Of a stretch of 64,000 nt of DNA, positions 42,697 to 52,791 are shown piece after piece (the stretch's first letter is position 1; each line of letters opens with the position of its first letter). The notes beneath the pieces were generated by a model. That model worked only from the letters and a program-made list of their open reading frames with translations. It searched no databases and was not told the DNA's origin. Origin of the DNA: Oscillospiraceae bacterium (GTDB taxonomy: Bacteria; Bacillota; Clostridia; Oscillospirales; CAG-272); assembly GCA_015065135.1 (NCBI GenBank), contig SVQY01000008.1:1264-65263 (forward strand), given 5' to 3'. A program made the translations under genes and the position numbers.

Positions 42697-44175
42697 TCAC
42701 TTTTCGTCGCAGATGCAGCAAAATCTGCCGTAGGCCTCGTCGTATGCAGCGCGGTCGGCGGTAGGCAGATATATCTTCGGCTCAAAGGAGCGGATGACCA
42801 GCTCTCTTGCCTCGCACAGATCCTTCAGCTCGCCTGCGGCGATGTACTGCATCAGCAGGTTGCCGATGGCGGTGGCCTCAACGGGGCCTGCCGTCACGGG
42901 GATGCCGCAGGCATCGGCTGCCAGCTGGCAAAGGAAGGTATCCTTGGTGCCGCCGCCCACGATGTGAATGCCCTTTACAGGCTTGCCGCGGAGCGCCTCG
43001 ATGCCCTCCTTGACGTAGCGGTAGCGCAGCGCCAGGCTCTCCATGATCACGCGGACGATCTGACCCTCATTCTGAGGCACAGCCTGACCGGTGCGACGGC
43101 AGTACTCCACGATGCGACCGGGCATATCGCCGGGTGCAACGAAGTCGGGCGCGTCGGGGTTGATGAAGGAGACCAGCGGCTTCTCTGCCTCGGCCATCGT
43201 CTGCAGATCGGCAAAGCTGAAATCCTTGCCCTCTCGCTTCCACTGGCGGCGAGTCTCCTGCACCGTCCAAAGACCCATGATGTTCTTCAGGAAGCGGTAG
43301 GTGCCCAGTGCGCCGCCCTCGTTGGCAAAGTTCCAGGCAAGGGTGTCGTCGTTTACCAGAGGCGAGGTCAGCTCGGTGCCCATCAAGGACCATGTGCCGC
43401 TGGAGATGTAGACAAAATCCTCCTCAGTAGCAGGCACGGCCAGCACGGCGCTTGCGGTATCGTGAGAAGCGATATTGTAGACCTTAAAGTTCACGCCGCC
43501 CACCTCATCGCTGACGGCATCGGTGAGCTTGCCCAGGCAGTTGCCCGGCTCCACTACGTCGCCCACCAGCATAGGCAGGCCCAGTTTTTTGAAAATTTCG
43601 GGGGCCACCTTGCGGGTCTTGGCATTCAGAATAGCACCGGTGGAGCAGATGGTGTACTCGTTGGCCATCTCGCCGGTGAGGAAATAGTTCAAGAGGTCGG
43701 GGATGTTCAGCATACGCACCGCATTCTGCACCATTTCGGGATTATCCCGCAGATCGGCGGCAAGCTGATAGACCGTATTGAAATCAATGGTCTGGATGCC
43801 CGTGATGTCGTACAGTTCCTTCACGCCAAGGCGGTCGGCCAGCTGCGCGGGCATACCTGCGGTACGGGTATCGCGGTAATGGAAGGGGTTGGAGAGCATC
43901 TCACCGTGCTTGTCGATGAGGCCGTAGTCCACGCCCCACGTATCAATGCCGAAGCCGGCAATATCATCCCCCGAGAGCTTGGTCTCGCGGATGGATTGCT
44001 TGATCTCGTGCAGGATGCGCATGATATCCCAACGGAAGTGCTTGCCAACGGTGACGGGATCGTTGGAAAAGCGGTGATTTTCACGCAGCTCCAGCTTGCT
44101 GCCGTCAAAGCTGCCGACAATACCGCGTCCGCTGGAGGCGCCCAGGTCGATAGCGAGCATATTGAGGTTTTTCAT
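42697..44175 (-). CDS. FGGY carbohydrate kinase, rhamnulokinase-like
   Basis: AIDLGASSGRGIVG...HRFSN...WDI...GIDTWGVDYGL resembles RhaB; no rhaA or rhaD nearby. Confidence 0.65.
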   Translation of the reverse strand: MKNLNMLAIDLGASSGRGIVGSFDGSKLELRENHRFSNDPVTVGKHFRWDIMRILHEIKQSIRETKLSGDDIAGFGIDTWGVDYGLIDKHGEMLSNPFHYRDTRTAGMPAQLADRLGVKELYDITGIQTIDFNTVYQLAADLRDNPEMVQNAVRMLNIPDLLNYFLTGEMANEYTICSTGAILNAKTRKVAPEIFKKLGLPMLVGDVVEPGNCLGKLTDAVSDEVGGVNFKVYNIASHDTASAVLAVPATEEDFVYISSGTWSLMGTELTSPLVNDDTLAWNFANEGGALGTYRFLKNIMGLWTVQETRRQWKREGKDFSFADLQTMAEAEKPLVSFINPDAPDFVAPGDMPGRIVEYCRRTGQAVPQNEGQIVRVIMESLALRYRYVKEGIEALRGKPVKGIHIVGGGTKDTFLCQLAADACGIPVTAGPVEATAIGNLLMQYIAAGELKDLCEARELVIRSFEPKIYLPTADRAAYDEAYGRFCCICDEK

Positions 44176-44271
44176 AAAGCTTCTCCTTTATGTTATATTT
44201 CTATTTTATTGTATCATAGGAAGGCCGCGAGAAAAAGGACTTTTTTGGCGGTGTTTTGTGTGGGTTTATAA

Positions 44272-45603
44272 TCAATGTAGCTGCCAAATAGCGGGCTGTT
44301 CGTTCGAGTCATAATACCACCAATTTCCCGTTAAGGAAGGACGTATGTCAGAATAATAAAACCATGTTGCAAAATTTGTTAGATTTCCATTGGAACCTCC
44401 AATGGAAATATTTTGCCGAGTATTTTCGGTTCCACCATAATATACCTTGGCCCTATAATCGCAATCACAGAATGCTTCTTCAGCAATATTTGTTACGCTA
44501 TTTGGAATGACTATAGACGCAAGTTTGGTTTTATAAAATGCTCTATAGCCAATGGAAGTTAGTTCACTCTCTTTCCCAAACACCAGTTGCGTCAAGGTGT
44601 CACAACAACTAAATGCAAAAGGATTAATATTTCTCACACTGTCTGGTATAACAATAGTCTCAAAATTGCCACACCCCCAAAAAGCATAATTAGCAATACC
44701 TACACTATTATCACGCAAAGTAACACTCATTACTTCATCATCACAATCTACAATCCATTTATCAACATATGATACGCCATTTTCTTTTTGAATGACACCA
44801 TTACAGCCTTCAAACGCATCTTCTCTAATGTTAACCACACTATTAGGTATGGTAATTGAAACTAAGTTCTCACATCCCTGAAACGCCTTGGCACCGATTT
44901 TTGTGACACCATTAGGGATGGTAATTGAGATCAAATTACGGCAAAGAGAGAACGCACGATCTCCAATGCTTGTAATGCCGTCAGAAAGAACAACAGAAGT
45001 CACATTACTGCACATGTAATTGTTAAAAGCATCTTCATTAATGGCAACAATAGGCGTTCCCTTGTAAGTAGACGGAATTATCACTATATTGTCGCTTCCG
45101 GTATAACGTGTAACAACATAGCCATCATTTATAAGTTTAAATTCCACACCACTGTCCGCATAATCGTAGCCACATTGCACGCAAACATTGTCTAAATTAT
45201 AAGTGTGGGCGGATTCTGATATAATCAACCTACATCCTCCATTAACGCAAACTTTCCAGTGGTTGACCATATCCTTTTTCCACTCTGCAGAAGGCAAATG
45301 TTCCAATTCAGCAACATACTGCGTTTCACTTTGTCCGCACGAGCAAGCGCGTGTTTGAATGCCCTTTGTCACACAGGTGGCAGGGGTGGTTTCGATCCAT
45401 TCGCCATAGGCGTGGGTATGAAGCGACCCACTCGCATCGGTGCCATCGGTGTAGCTCTCGCTGCACTTGTCGCAAAGCGCATTATCGTCGGCGTCGCGGT
45501 GCTGGCAGACGGGAGCAGAGCTCTCGTCGCAAGCCACAAGACACAGAATACACAAAAGGCACAATAGGGCCGCTAACGTGATGAGAAATGCGCGTTTTTT
45601 CAT
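44272..45603 (-). CDS. surface lipoprotein with Cys-rich N-terminal region and BspA-type leucine-rich repeats
   Basis: ATG at 45603; MKKRAFLITLAALLCLLCILCLVAC lipobox; repeated IPNSVTxIxxxAFxxCxxL units; the LRR part has much lower GC. Confidence 0.7.
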   Translation of the reverse strand: MKKRAFLITLAALLCLLCILCLVACDESSAPVCQHRDADDNALCDKCSESYTDGTDASGSLHTHAYGEWIETTPATCVTKGIQTRACSCGQSETQYVAELEHLPSAEWKKDMVNHWKVCVNGGCRLIISESAHTYNLDNVCVQCGYDYADSGVEFKLINDGYVVTRYTGSDNIVIIPSTYKGTPIVAINEDAFNNYMCSNVTSVVLSDGITSIGDRAFSLCRNLISITIPNGVTKIGAKAFQGCENLVSITIPNSVVNIREDAFEGCNGVIQKENGVSYVDKWIVDCDDEVMSVTLRDNSVGIANYAFWGCGNFETIVIPDSVRNINPFAFSCCDTLTQLVFGKESELTSIGYRAFYKTKLASIVIPNSVTNIAEEAFCDCDYRAKVYYGGTENTRQNISIGGSNGNLTNFATWFYYSDIRPSLTGNWWYYDSNEQPAIWQLH

Positions 45604-45676
45604 GGTCGTTCTCCTTTGAGTGTATTTTTTGAAAGCGGGCAAACGGTGTGCAAACAGCACATCTGCAGGCTGCGCG

Positions 45677-48064
45677 TTATTTCAGCTCGACCACCGTCAC
45701 GCCGCCGTCGCCCTCGCCGTACTGTCCGATGCGGAAGGATCTGATGCGCTTATCCGATTTGAGATATTTCCAGAGCGCTACCTTGAGCGCGCCGGTTCCC
45801 TTTCCGTGGATGAGGCGCACGGTGTGGAAGCCTGCAAGGATGGCGGTGTCAAAATACTTGTCCACCATAAACCACGCCTCGTCCCCCGTTTTACCGCGCA
45901 GGTCGATCTCGTCCTTGAAATCGCGGGAAACGCTGGCACGGAAGCTTTTCACCGAGCTTTTCTGCTCGCCGCTCTTTACGGTGGCATCCTCCTCGATCAG
46001 TCGCAGGTTTGCGACCTTGGACTTGGTGCGGATGATGCCTGCCTGCACCATCACGTTGCCGCCGTGGTCGGGGTCGGAGAGCAGCACGCCCTTTTTATCA
46101 ATATCCACCAGATACACCTCGTCACCCTTGCGCAGGGGGCGGGGCAGCTTATATGCCTCGTTGGAGCGCTCCTCCACCGGGTTGAAGCGGCTCTCGTTTT
46201 CTTTGAGATGGGCGCGCACGGCGCGACGGGTGGCATCCAGATGCTCCCCCAGCCGCTCGCTCTCCCTCTCCCTTCTCACCTGCTCCAACTGCTGGAACAC
46301 GAACTCGCTGGAGGCGCGTGCGCTCTCCACAAGGGCGGTCGCCTTGCTTTGGGCATCACTTAGCAGCTTATCGGTCTGCGCCTTGGTGCGATCCAGCAGC
46401 TTTTGCGCATCGGCACGGTTGCTTTCCAGCTCGGCACGAAGCCTTGCCGCCTCGGCGCGGTCACGCTCCATTTGAATGCGCGCCTCCTCCAGCTTTTCGA
46501 TCACGTTCTCAAAGCGGCGGTTGTCGCTGCTGATCAGCTCCTTTGCCTCGGCTACCACGCGCGGGGGCAGCCCCAGCTTTTCGGAAATGGCAAAGGCGTT
46601 GGATTTACCCGGCGTGCCGATGACCAGCTTATAGGTGGGGCGCAGGGTCGCCACGTCAAACTCGCAGGAGGCGTTCTGCACGCCGTCGGTCTCCAGCGCA
46701 TAGGCCTTCAGCTCCGCATAGTGGGTGGTCAGCGCGGCCAATGCCCCTGCACGGCGCACCTCGGAAACGATCGCCACCGCCAGCGCCGCACCCTCCACGG
46801 GGTCGGTGCCGGCACCCAGCTCATCGAAGAGCACAAGGGCGTTCGGGGAAAGGTCGTTCACGATATCCACGATATGCACCATATGCGAGGAAAAGGTGGA
46901 AAGCGATTGCTCGATGCTCTGCTCGTCGCCAAGATCCACCAGCACGCGGTCAAAAAGGCAAAGGGCGGAGCCCTCGTCGGCAGGGATAAAGAGGCCGGAT
47001 TGCGCCATCAGCGCAAAGAGGCCGAGGGTCTTGAGGGTGACCGTCTTACCGCCCGTATTGGGGCCGGTGATGATGAGGGTATCCCACTCCCCACCGAGAG
47101 ACACATTGATCGGTACCACCTTATCCTTATCGATAAGAGGATGCCGCGCGTTGATCAGCCTGATCTGCCGTGCCTCGGTCACCGCGGGACAGCTGGCATT
47201 CATCTGCTCGGCAAGCTTGCCGCAGGCAAAGATAAACGCCAGCTCGGAAATATTCTGATAGTTCAGCATCAGCGCGCTGCCCTCTGCCGAAACAAGGGCG
47301 GAAAGCTCGGCAAGCACACGGTCTATCTCGTGCTGCTCCTTGGCCTCCAGCATGCGCAGCTCGTTATTGGCATCCACCACCGCCATAGGCTCCACGAAAA
47401 TGGTAGCGCCCGAGGAGGAGGTGTCGTGTATGAGGCCCTTGATCTCGTTCTTGCTCTCCACGCGCACCGGCACCACGTAGCGCCCGTTGCGCATGGTCAC
47501 GATATTTTCCTGCAGCGCCTTGGAATAGGTGCTGCTGGTGATATAGTGCTGCAGGGTCTCCTTGATCTTGTTATTGGTCTGACGGATCTTGCGGCGGATA
47601 TCCCCCAGGGCGGGGCTGGCCTCGTCGGCGATCATATCCTCCGATACGATGGCGCGGTAGATGCGATCCTCCAGGCGGCGATCGGGCAAAAGGCGCTCAA
47701 AGATCTCGTCCAGCACGGTATCGAAATGGCGATTGACATGGATATAATCCAGCAGTCCCCGCGCGGTGCGCAGGATATTGCCCACATCCAGCAGATCGCG
47801 GGCCGAAAGCGTTGCGCCCTTCCCCGATCGCTCCACCGCGTCGGTCACGTCAACCACCGAGCCGAAGGAGGGCATGCCCTTGTCGGCCAGCAATCGGCAG
47901 GCATCCCCGGTGCGGGCAAGGCGCGCGCGCACCACGTCGCTGTCGTCATCGGGCAGGAGGGCAAGCGCGCGCTCGGCAGCGCCTGCGGTGGGTGCCAGCG
48001 CGGCCAGCATCCGCAATATCTCGTCATATTCCAGCTTTTTTCTCGTTTTAACGTCTGTTTTCAT
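45677..48064 (-). CDS. mutS2: endonuclease MutS2
   Basis: ITGPNTGGKT Walker A, DELGAGTDP, and a C-terminal Smr domain (RLIHGKGTGALK). Confidence 0.9.
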   Translation of the reverse strand: MKTDVKTRKKLEYDEILRMLAALAPTAGAAERALALLPDDDSDVVRARLARTGDACRLLADKGMPSFGSVVDVTDAVERSGKGATLSARDLLDVGNILRTARGLLDYIHVNRHFDTVLDEIFERLLPDRRLEDRIYRAIVSEDMIADEASPALGDIRRKIRQTNNKIKETLQHYITSSTYSKALQENIVTMRNGRYVVPVRVESKNEIKGLIHDTSSSGATIFVEPMAVVDANNELRMLEAKEQHEIDRVLAELSALVSAEGSALMLNYQNISELAFIFACGKLAEQMNASCPAVTEARQIRLINARHPLIDKDKVVPINVSLGGEWDTLIITGPNTGGKTVTLKTLGLFALMAQSGLFIPADEGSALCLFDRVLVDLGDEQSIEQSLSTFSSHMVHIVDIVNDLSPNALVLFDELGAGTDPVEGAALAVAIVSEVRRAGALAALTTHYAELKAYALETDGVQNASCEFDVATLRPTYKLVIGTPGKSNAFAISEKLGLPPRVVAEAKELISSDNRRFENVIEKLEEARIQMERDRAEAARLRAELESNRADAQKLLDRTKAQTDKLLSDAQSKATALVESARASSEFVFQQLEQVRRERESERLGEHLDATRRAVRAHLKENESRFNPVEERSNEAYKLPRPLRKGDEVYLVDIDKKGVLLSDPDHGGNVMVQAGIIRTKSKVANLRLIEEDATVKSGEQKSSVKSFRASVSRDFKDEIDLRGKTGDEAWFMVDKYFDTAILAGFHTVRLIHGKGTGALKVALWKYLKSDKRIRSFRIGQYGEGDGGVTVVELK

Positions 48065-48074
48065 GCGGTCCTTT

Positions 48075-48893
48075 TCATTGACCCTTTCTTTGCCTTGTGA
48101 TGGCTGCTAATTTTTTCAAATTCTCTAATGTTTGAAAGCTGCGCTCCAGGTGGTGCAGCAGATAGCTCTCCGCCGCACGGGAAAACTCGGAAAGCTCCCT
48201 CTCGTCGGTCACACGGAAGGCGAACACCCGCTTGGCAGGTGCGATGGCTACGTAACGCAGCGCGGCGGCGCTGCCGGGCGACAGGGGGCACAGCACGGTG
48301 CGGCCTCCCAGCTCGTCCACCTCGGGCAGCGGATGCAGCGCGGTGCGCCGCGAGAGGCATTGGCGGCACACGTAGGCACCGTTCATCACGTCCAGAAAGC
48401 CGTCCCGATCGGCAGGACAGCCGCAGTCGCGGCAGTTGGCCAGATCCGGCATAAAGCCGCCGATGCAGGCGGCGCGCATTTCAAAGCCGCCCTTGATGAT
48501 GGCGATCTCCCCCTTGCCCGCATTCAGCATATGCAGGGCGTTGAGGGTAAGGGGCAGGATCTCTCCTGCCGGCTGCTTTTCATCCGAAAGCTCGGCCGCC
48601 ACCTCACACAGATATGCGGCGAGAAAAAGCCGCTCCATATCGTAGCGCAGGCCGGGAAAGCTCTCGATGGCGGTGGCGCTTTTGATCCATTTCACGCCGC
48701 CGCGCTCATAAAACTCCATATTGCTCCAGGTAAAGGGCTCTGTGGCAGCCACCTCGCGGCGGTGCATCGAGTGCGCTCCCTTCAAAATGGCATAGATCCT
48801 GCCGTGCTCAGCTGACAGCAGGGTGAGCAGCTTGTCGTTTTCGCCCCGCTCCTTGGCGGCAAGGATCAGGCAATCGGTGCTGAAGTGCGACAC
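48075..48893 (-). CDS. recO: DNA repair protein RecO
   Basis: OB-fold N-terminus and zinc motif CRDCG...CRQC; position upstream-adjacent to era, as is typical. Confidence 0.8.
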   Translation of the reverse strand: MSHFSTDCLILAAKERGENDKLLTLLSAEHGRIYAILKGAHSMHRREVAATEPFTWSNMEFYERGGVKWIKSATAIESFPGLRYDMERLFLAAYLCEVAAELSDEKQPAGEILPLTLNALHMLNAGKGEIAIIKGGFEMRAACIGGFMPDLANCRDCGCPADRDGFLDVMNGAYVCRQCLSRRTALHPLPEVDELGGRTVLCPLSPGSAAALRYVAIAPAKRVFAFRVTDERELSEFSRAAESYLLHHLERSFQTLENLKKLAAITRQRKGQ

Positions 48894-48896
48894 GGC

Positions 48897-49784
48897 TTAC
48901 TTTTCCTCGCGATAGCCGAAATTGCCCACGGCAGCGCGGCTCTCGCGCCAGTTCTCCTTGACCTTGACCCACAGATTGAGATAGACCTTGGTGCCGAACA
49001 GCTTTTCCAGATCCTCTCTTGCATAGGTGCCCACGCGCTTGAGCTCGGCGCCGTTCTTGCCCACGATGATCCCCTTATGGGATGCCTTTTCGCAGAAGAT
49101 CTCGGCGCGGATGCGGATGAGGGTATCCTCGTCCTTGAACTCCTCGATCACCACCGCCACGCCGTGGGGGATCTCCTTATCCAGCGTGCGCAGCAGCTTC
49201 TCGCGGATGATCTCTGCCGCCATCTGGCGCTCGGGCTGATCGGTGATCATATCCTCCGGGAAGAAGAAGGGGCTCTCCTGCAGCAGCTTTTCGCACTCGG
49301 AGAGCAGCGCATCCACCAGCTTACCGCTCTTGGCCGAGATCGGCACCACGGCGGCAAAATCATGGCGTGCGGCATAGGTCCTGATGCATTCTGCGATCTC
49401 GGGCGCATTGTACAGATCGGTCTTATTCAGCGCCAGCACGGCAGGCACGCCCGACTGCTTTAAGTAGGTGATCACATTCTCCTCCACCTTGCCGATCTCC
49501 TTACCGGGATCCACCATCAAAATGACCGCATCCGCCTCTACCATCGAGCTTTTGGCGGTCTCCATCATAAAGTCGCCAAGGGCGGTCTTGGGGTTGTGCA
49601 TACCGGGGGTATCCACAAAGATGAACTGCGCCTCACCGCGGGTGAGGATACCCACGATGCGGTTACGGGTGGTCTGTGGCTTGGCCGAAACGATGGCGAT
49701 CTTTTCGCCAAGCAGGGCGTTGAGCAGAGTGGATTTGCCCACGTTGGGGCGGCCTACGATCGCAATATATCCCGCTTTTGTCAT
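48897..49784 (-). CDS. era: GTPase Era
   Basis: GRPNVGKST (G1), DTPG (G3), NKTD (G4), and a KH domain tail. Confidence 0.9.
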   Translation of the reverse strand: MTKAGYIAIVGRPNVGKSTLLNALLGEKIAIVSAKPQTTRNRIVGILTRGEAQFIFVDTPGMHNPKTALGDFMMETAKSSMVEADAVILMVDPGKEIGKVEENVITYLKQSGVPAVLALNKTDLYNAPEIAECIRTYAARHDFAAVVPISAKSGKLVDALLSECEKLLQESPFFFPEDMITDQPERQMAAEIIREKLLRTLDKEIPHGVAVVIEEFKDEDTLIRIRAEIFCEKASHKGIIVGKNGAELKRVGTYAREDLEKLFGTKVYLNLWVKVKENWRESRAAVGNFGYREEK

Positions 49785-49785
49785 A

Positions 49786-50247
49786 TTAATCCTCCTTCAC
49801 GGCCAGACCCATACCGTTCACGATGGCGGTCTGCCGCTCTCTCATATCCTGTTCCTCCTCCTCACCGTTTACGTGGTCATAACCCAGCAGATGCAGGGTG
49901 GAATGCACCGTGAGGAAGGCGCACTCACGCTCAAAGCTATGGCCGAACTCCGCCGCCTGGGCGCGGCATTTTTCAAGCGAAAGCACGATGTCGCCCAGCA
50001 TCCGCGTGCCACCCGCCTCCTCAAAGAGCGGAAAGGAAAGCACGTCGGTGGGGGCATCGATCTCGCGGTATTCCCTGTTGATGGCCGCAATGCCCTCGTT
50101 ATCGGTAAAGGTGACCGAGACCTCGCTGTGCCCCTGCTTGTCCTCATAGCGAAGCGTCGCCAGGATCGCCTCGCGGATCAGCATCTTCAGCGCGTAGGTC
50201 ACGCGCTCGGTCTCCTGCATATTTTCAAAATAGATGCGCAACGTCAT
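49786..50247 (-). CDS. ybeY: rRNA maturation endoribonuclease YbeY
   Basis: HSTLHLLGYDH zinc motif. Confidence 0.9.
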   Translation of the reverse strand: MTLRIYFENMQETERVTYALKMLIREAILATLRYEDKQGHSEVSVTFTDNEGIAAINREYREIDAPTDVLSFPLFEEAGGTRMLGDIVLSLEKCRAQAAEFGHSFERECAFLTVHSTLHLLGYDHVNGEEEEQDMRERQTAIVNGMGLAVKED

Positions 50248-51254
50248 TTGCCGTTCCCCTTTCTTTGCACGTGGCTCTTTTGTGCCTGCTCGCGCTCAAA
50301 GCGCTCATAGGCAAGGATGATCTTTTGCACCAGCTTGTGGCGCACCACGTCTCTGTCCGAAAAATGATGGATCACGATATCCGGAATGCCCGCAATGATC
50401 TTGACGGCCATGGCGAGGCCGCTCTTTTGCCCCACGGGCAGGTCGGTCTGGGTCAGGTCACCGGTGACCACCGCCTTGGAGTGGAAGCCGAGACGGGTGA
50501 GGAACATCTTCATCTGCTCGGGGGTGGCGTTCTGCGCCTCGTCCAGAATGATGAAGCTGTCGTCCAGCGTGCGGCCGCGCATATAGGCAAGGGGCGCCAC
50601 CTCGATCACGCCCTTCTCCGCCATTTTGGCGTAATTCTCGGCGCCTAGCATCTCGTAGAGCGCGTCGTAAAGGGGGCGCAGATAAGGGTCGATCTTGCTT
50701 TGCAGGTCGCCGGGCAAAAAGCCCAGCTTTTCGCCTGCCTCGATGGCAGGGCGCGTCAGCACGATGCGATTGACATCGCCGTTGCGCAAAGCCTTGACCG
50801 CCATCGCCACCGCCAGAAAGGTCTTGCCGGTGCCGGCAGGGCCAACACCCAGCACGATGGTGTTCTTGGCGATAGCCTCTACGTACTTCTTCTGTCCCAC
50901 GGTCTTGGCCTTGATGGGCTTGCCGCGGCTGGTGATGCAGATGGTGCTGCCGTCCAGCGCCTCCAGGCTGCCGCCCTCCCCATCCCGGATCATACCGATG
51001 ATATAGGAAACGCGCTGCTCGGGGATCTCCTCGCTCTTTTCCGCCTCCTCACGCAGGCGCTCGATCACGCGCGCGGCAAAAGAAACGCTCTCCTCGCTCT
51101 CCCCCGTGATCAGGATGGCATCACCGCTGCTCTCCGAGCGGTTGCGGATATCCACGCCAAAGGCTGCCTCGACCTCGCGCACATAGGCATCCCCTACGCC
51201 GAAGATACGGGCGGTGATGTCGCTATGTCCGATCTTGATAACTTCCTTGCTCAT
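50244..51254 (-). CDS. phoH: PhoH family ATPase
   Basis: GPAGTGKT Walker A, FIILDEAQN; 4-nt overlap with ybeY. Confidence 0.85.
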   Translation of the reverse strand: MSKEVIKIGHSDITARIFGVGDAYVREVEAAFGVDIRNRSESSGDAILITGESEESVSFAARVIERLREEAEKSEEIPEQRVSYIIGMIRDGEGGSLEALDGSTICITSRGKPIKAKTVGQKKYVEAIAKNTIVLGVGPAGTGKTFLAVAMAVKALRNGDVNRIVLTRPAIEAGEKLGFLPGDLQSKIDPYLRPLYDALYEMLGAENYAKMAEKGVIEVAPLAYMRGRTLDDSFIILDEAQNATPEQMKMFLTRLGFHSKAVVTGDLTQTDLPVGQKSGLAMAVKIIAGIPDIVIHHFSDRDVVRHKLVQKIILAYERFEREQAQKSHVQRKGNGK

Positions 51255-51264
51255 AAAACTCCTT

Positions 51265-52440
51265 TCAGGAAAAAGGATCCTCGCTTTCGAATTCTACCGT
51301 GAGCGCCACGTCCTCCTCGCAGACCACCGTGCAAAACAGGGTGATGCCCTCGGCGTCCACCACCGTCTCCAGATGCTTTTCCAGCATCGTGCGGTCGGCG
51401 CTGTCGGCTGCCAGCAGCTCCGAGAGACGGGATAGCGCCAACGCGCGCGCCGTGGCGGCATCCCTTGTCACAGTCTGCGCGACCAGCGGACGGTATACGG
51501 TCACCCCGATGCCGAAGGGCAGTCGCTGCCCCGACGGCAGAGTGACCCACTTTATATTTTCTATTATATCACAGTTATCATAATGATTTCCAGTACTTTT
51601 GAAAACTTTTCCGCTAAAGTCAAAGAAAAAAAGCGAAACATCCCGCTTCTCATCTCCGGTGGCGAGCTGCACCGTCTCGGTAAAGGGCACGCGCACCGTG
51701 TAGGTGTGCGTGGTCCGCGCCAGCACCTGTCCTGCCGCGCGGGTCACACGGAAGCCGTGCTTCTCGCTTTCCACGATACCGCTTGCCAGCAGCTGACCGG
51801 CGCGCACGACCTGCCCCGCCTCCACAAGGCACTCCCCCTCAAAGATCAGCGGCATGGTGATCACACAGTCGGATTTTGCCACCAGATTAGCCGGGTGCAC
51901 AGCCTCCTCACGGGGCACCACAGCCTCTCTGATCTGCAGCTGCAGCACGGTACCCTTCCGATTGACGGCGGCGTAGGAGATACGCGGATCGGCCTGCCGC
52001 AGCGCTAACGCCAGGGCATCCTCATCGATGCGGGAAAGCCGGGTGCCGCGCCGCACACCGAGCGCCTCCAGCTGCTCCTCCAGCGCGGCGGTGCTGAGCT
52101 GCTCGTTTCCGAGGATCTCGATATCCCACACCACAAGTGAGGAAAGCACCGTCAGCAAAAGGGCCAGCAGCATACCGCACAAGAGCCCCGGACGGCGCAG
52201 CAGCCGCCGCCAAAGGATGGGCAGGCCACCCTCCTCCACGAGGCGCATCGGGATCGGCAGGTCGGTCAGTCGCCGCGCGGCGGTAAGGGTACAGGAAAAG
52301 CAGATATCACCGTTTTTTTCGTACCGTTTCACGTTTTTCGGTGAGATCCTTGCCTCCTGCAGGCAGGAAAAAAGCACGGCGGCATCCTGCTCCGCCACGG
52401 CAAAGCGCCGATAACCCACCGCAAAAAGATCAGGGCGCAT
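51265..52440 (-). CDS. yqfD: sporulation protein YqfD
   Basis: Length, single central TM segment and position after yqfC are typical; the N-terminus resembles YqfD. Confidence 0.7.
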   Translation of the reverse strand: MRPDLFAVGYRRFAVAEQDAAVLFSCLQEARISPKNVKRYEKNGDICFSCTLTAARRLTDLPIPMRLVEEGGLPILWRRLLRRPGLLCGMLLALLLTVLSSLVVWDIEILGNEQLSTAALEEQLEALGVRRGTRLSRIDEDALALALRQADPRISYAAVNRKGTVLQLQIREAVVPREEAVHPANLVAKSDCVITMPLIFEGECLVEAGQVVRAGQLLASGIVESEKHGFRVTRAAGQVLARTTHTYTVRVPFTETVQLATGDEKRDVSLFFFDFSGKVFKSTGNHYDNCDIIENIKWVTLPSGQRLPFGIGVTVYRPLVAQTVTRDAATARALALSRLSELLAADSADRTMLEKHLETVVDAEGITLFCTVVCEEDVALTVEFESEDPFS

Positions 52441-52726
52441 CCCGCTTCACCTCCTCGAAGCCTATGGTCTCGATCAGCCCCTCCACCGTGGCCTGACCAC
52501 CTTCAAAAACAGTACAGACAAGCCCCCGACCGCATATGCTGAGCGCGCGCTTGCCTCCAAGCAGCAGCCGGATACGCTCGGCGCTGTAATGCAGAATGCG
52601 GCGGCAGCCCCGTACCGTCATACTGCTTTGTCCCGAGACCGTGATGCCAAAGCCGCCCGGCAGCGCCTCACGGGGAATATCCAGATATCGTATGGCTCGT
52701 GCCAGCAGATCGCTTTTCTGTCGCAT
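52430..52726 (-). CDS. yqfC: YabP/YqfC family sporulation protein
   Basis: ATG at 52726 after GAGGGAGGG; ~98 aa; overlaps the yqfD start. Confidence 0.65.
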   Translation of the reverse strand: MRQKSDLLARAIRYLDIPREALPGGFGITVSGQSSMTVRGCRRILHYSAERIRLLLGGKRALSICGRGLVCTVFEGGQATVEGLIETIGFEEVKRDAP

Positions 52727-52791
52727 AGACCGACCCTCCCTCACATAGATTGTAGCAGTTCACCATATGCCGTGTAAGGGAGGATTATACC

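Noticed and set aside
41406-44271. 452-aa and 435-aa plus-strand ORFs (41406-42764, 42964-44271)
   Set aside because: They are antisense to the prs-like and FGGY kinase genes. They are shadow ORFs.
46403-48100. 565-aa plus-strand ORF (and 45620-46475 ORFs)
   Set aside because: They are antisense to mutS2, whose Walker A and Smr motifs fix the coding strand.
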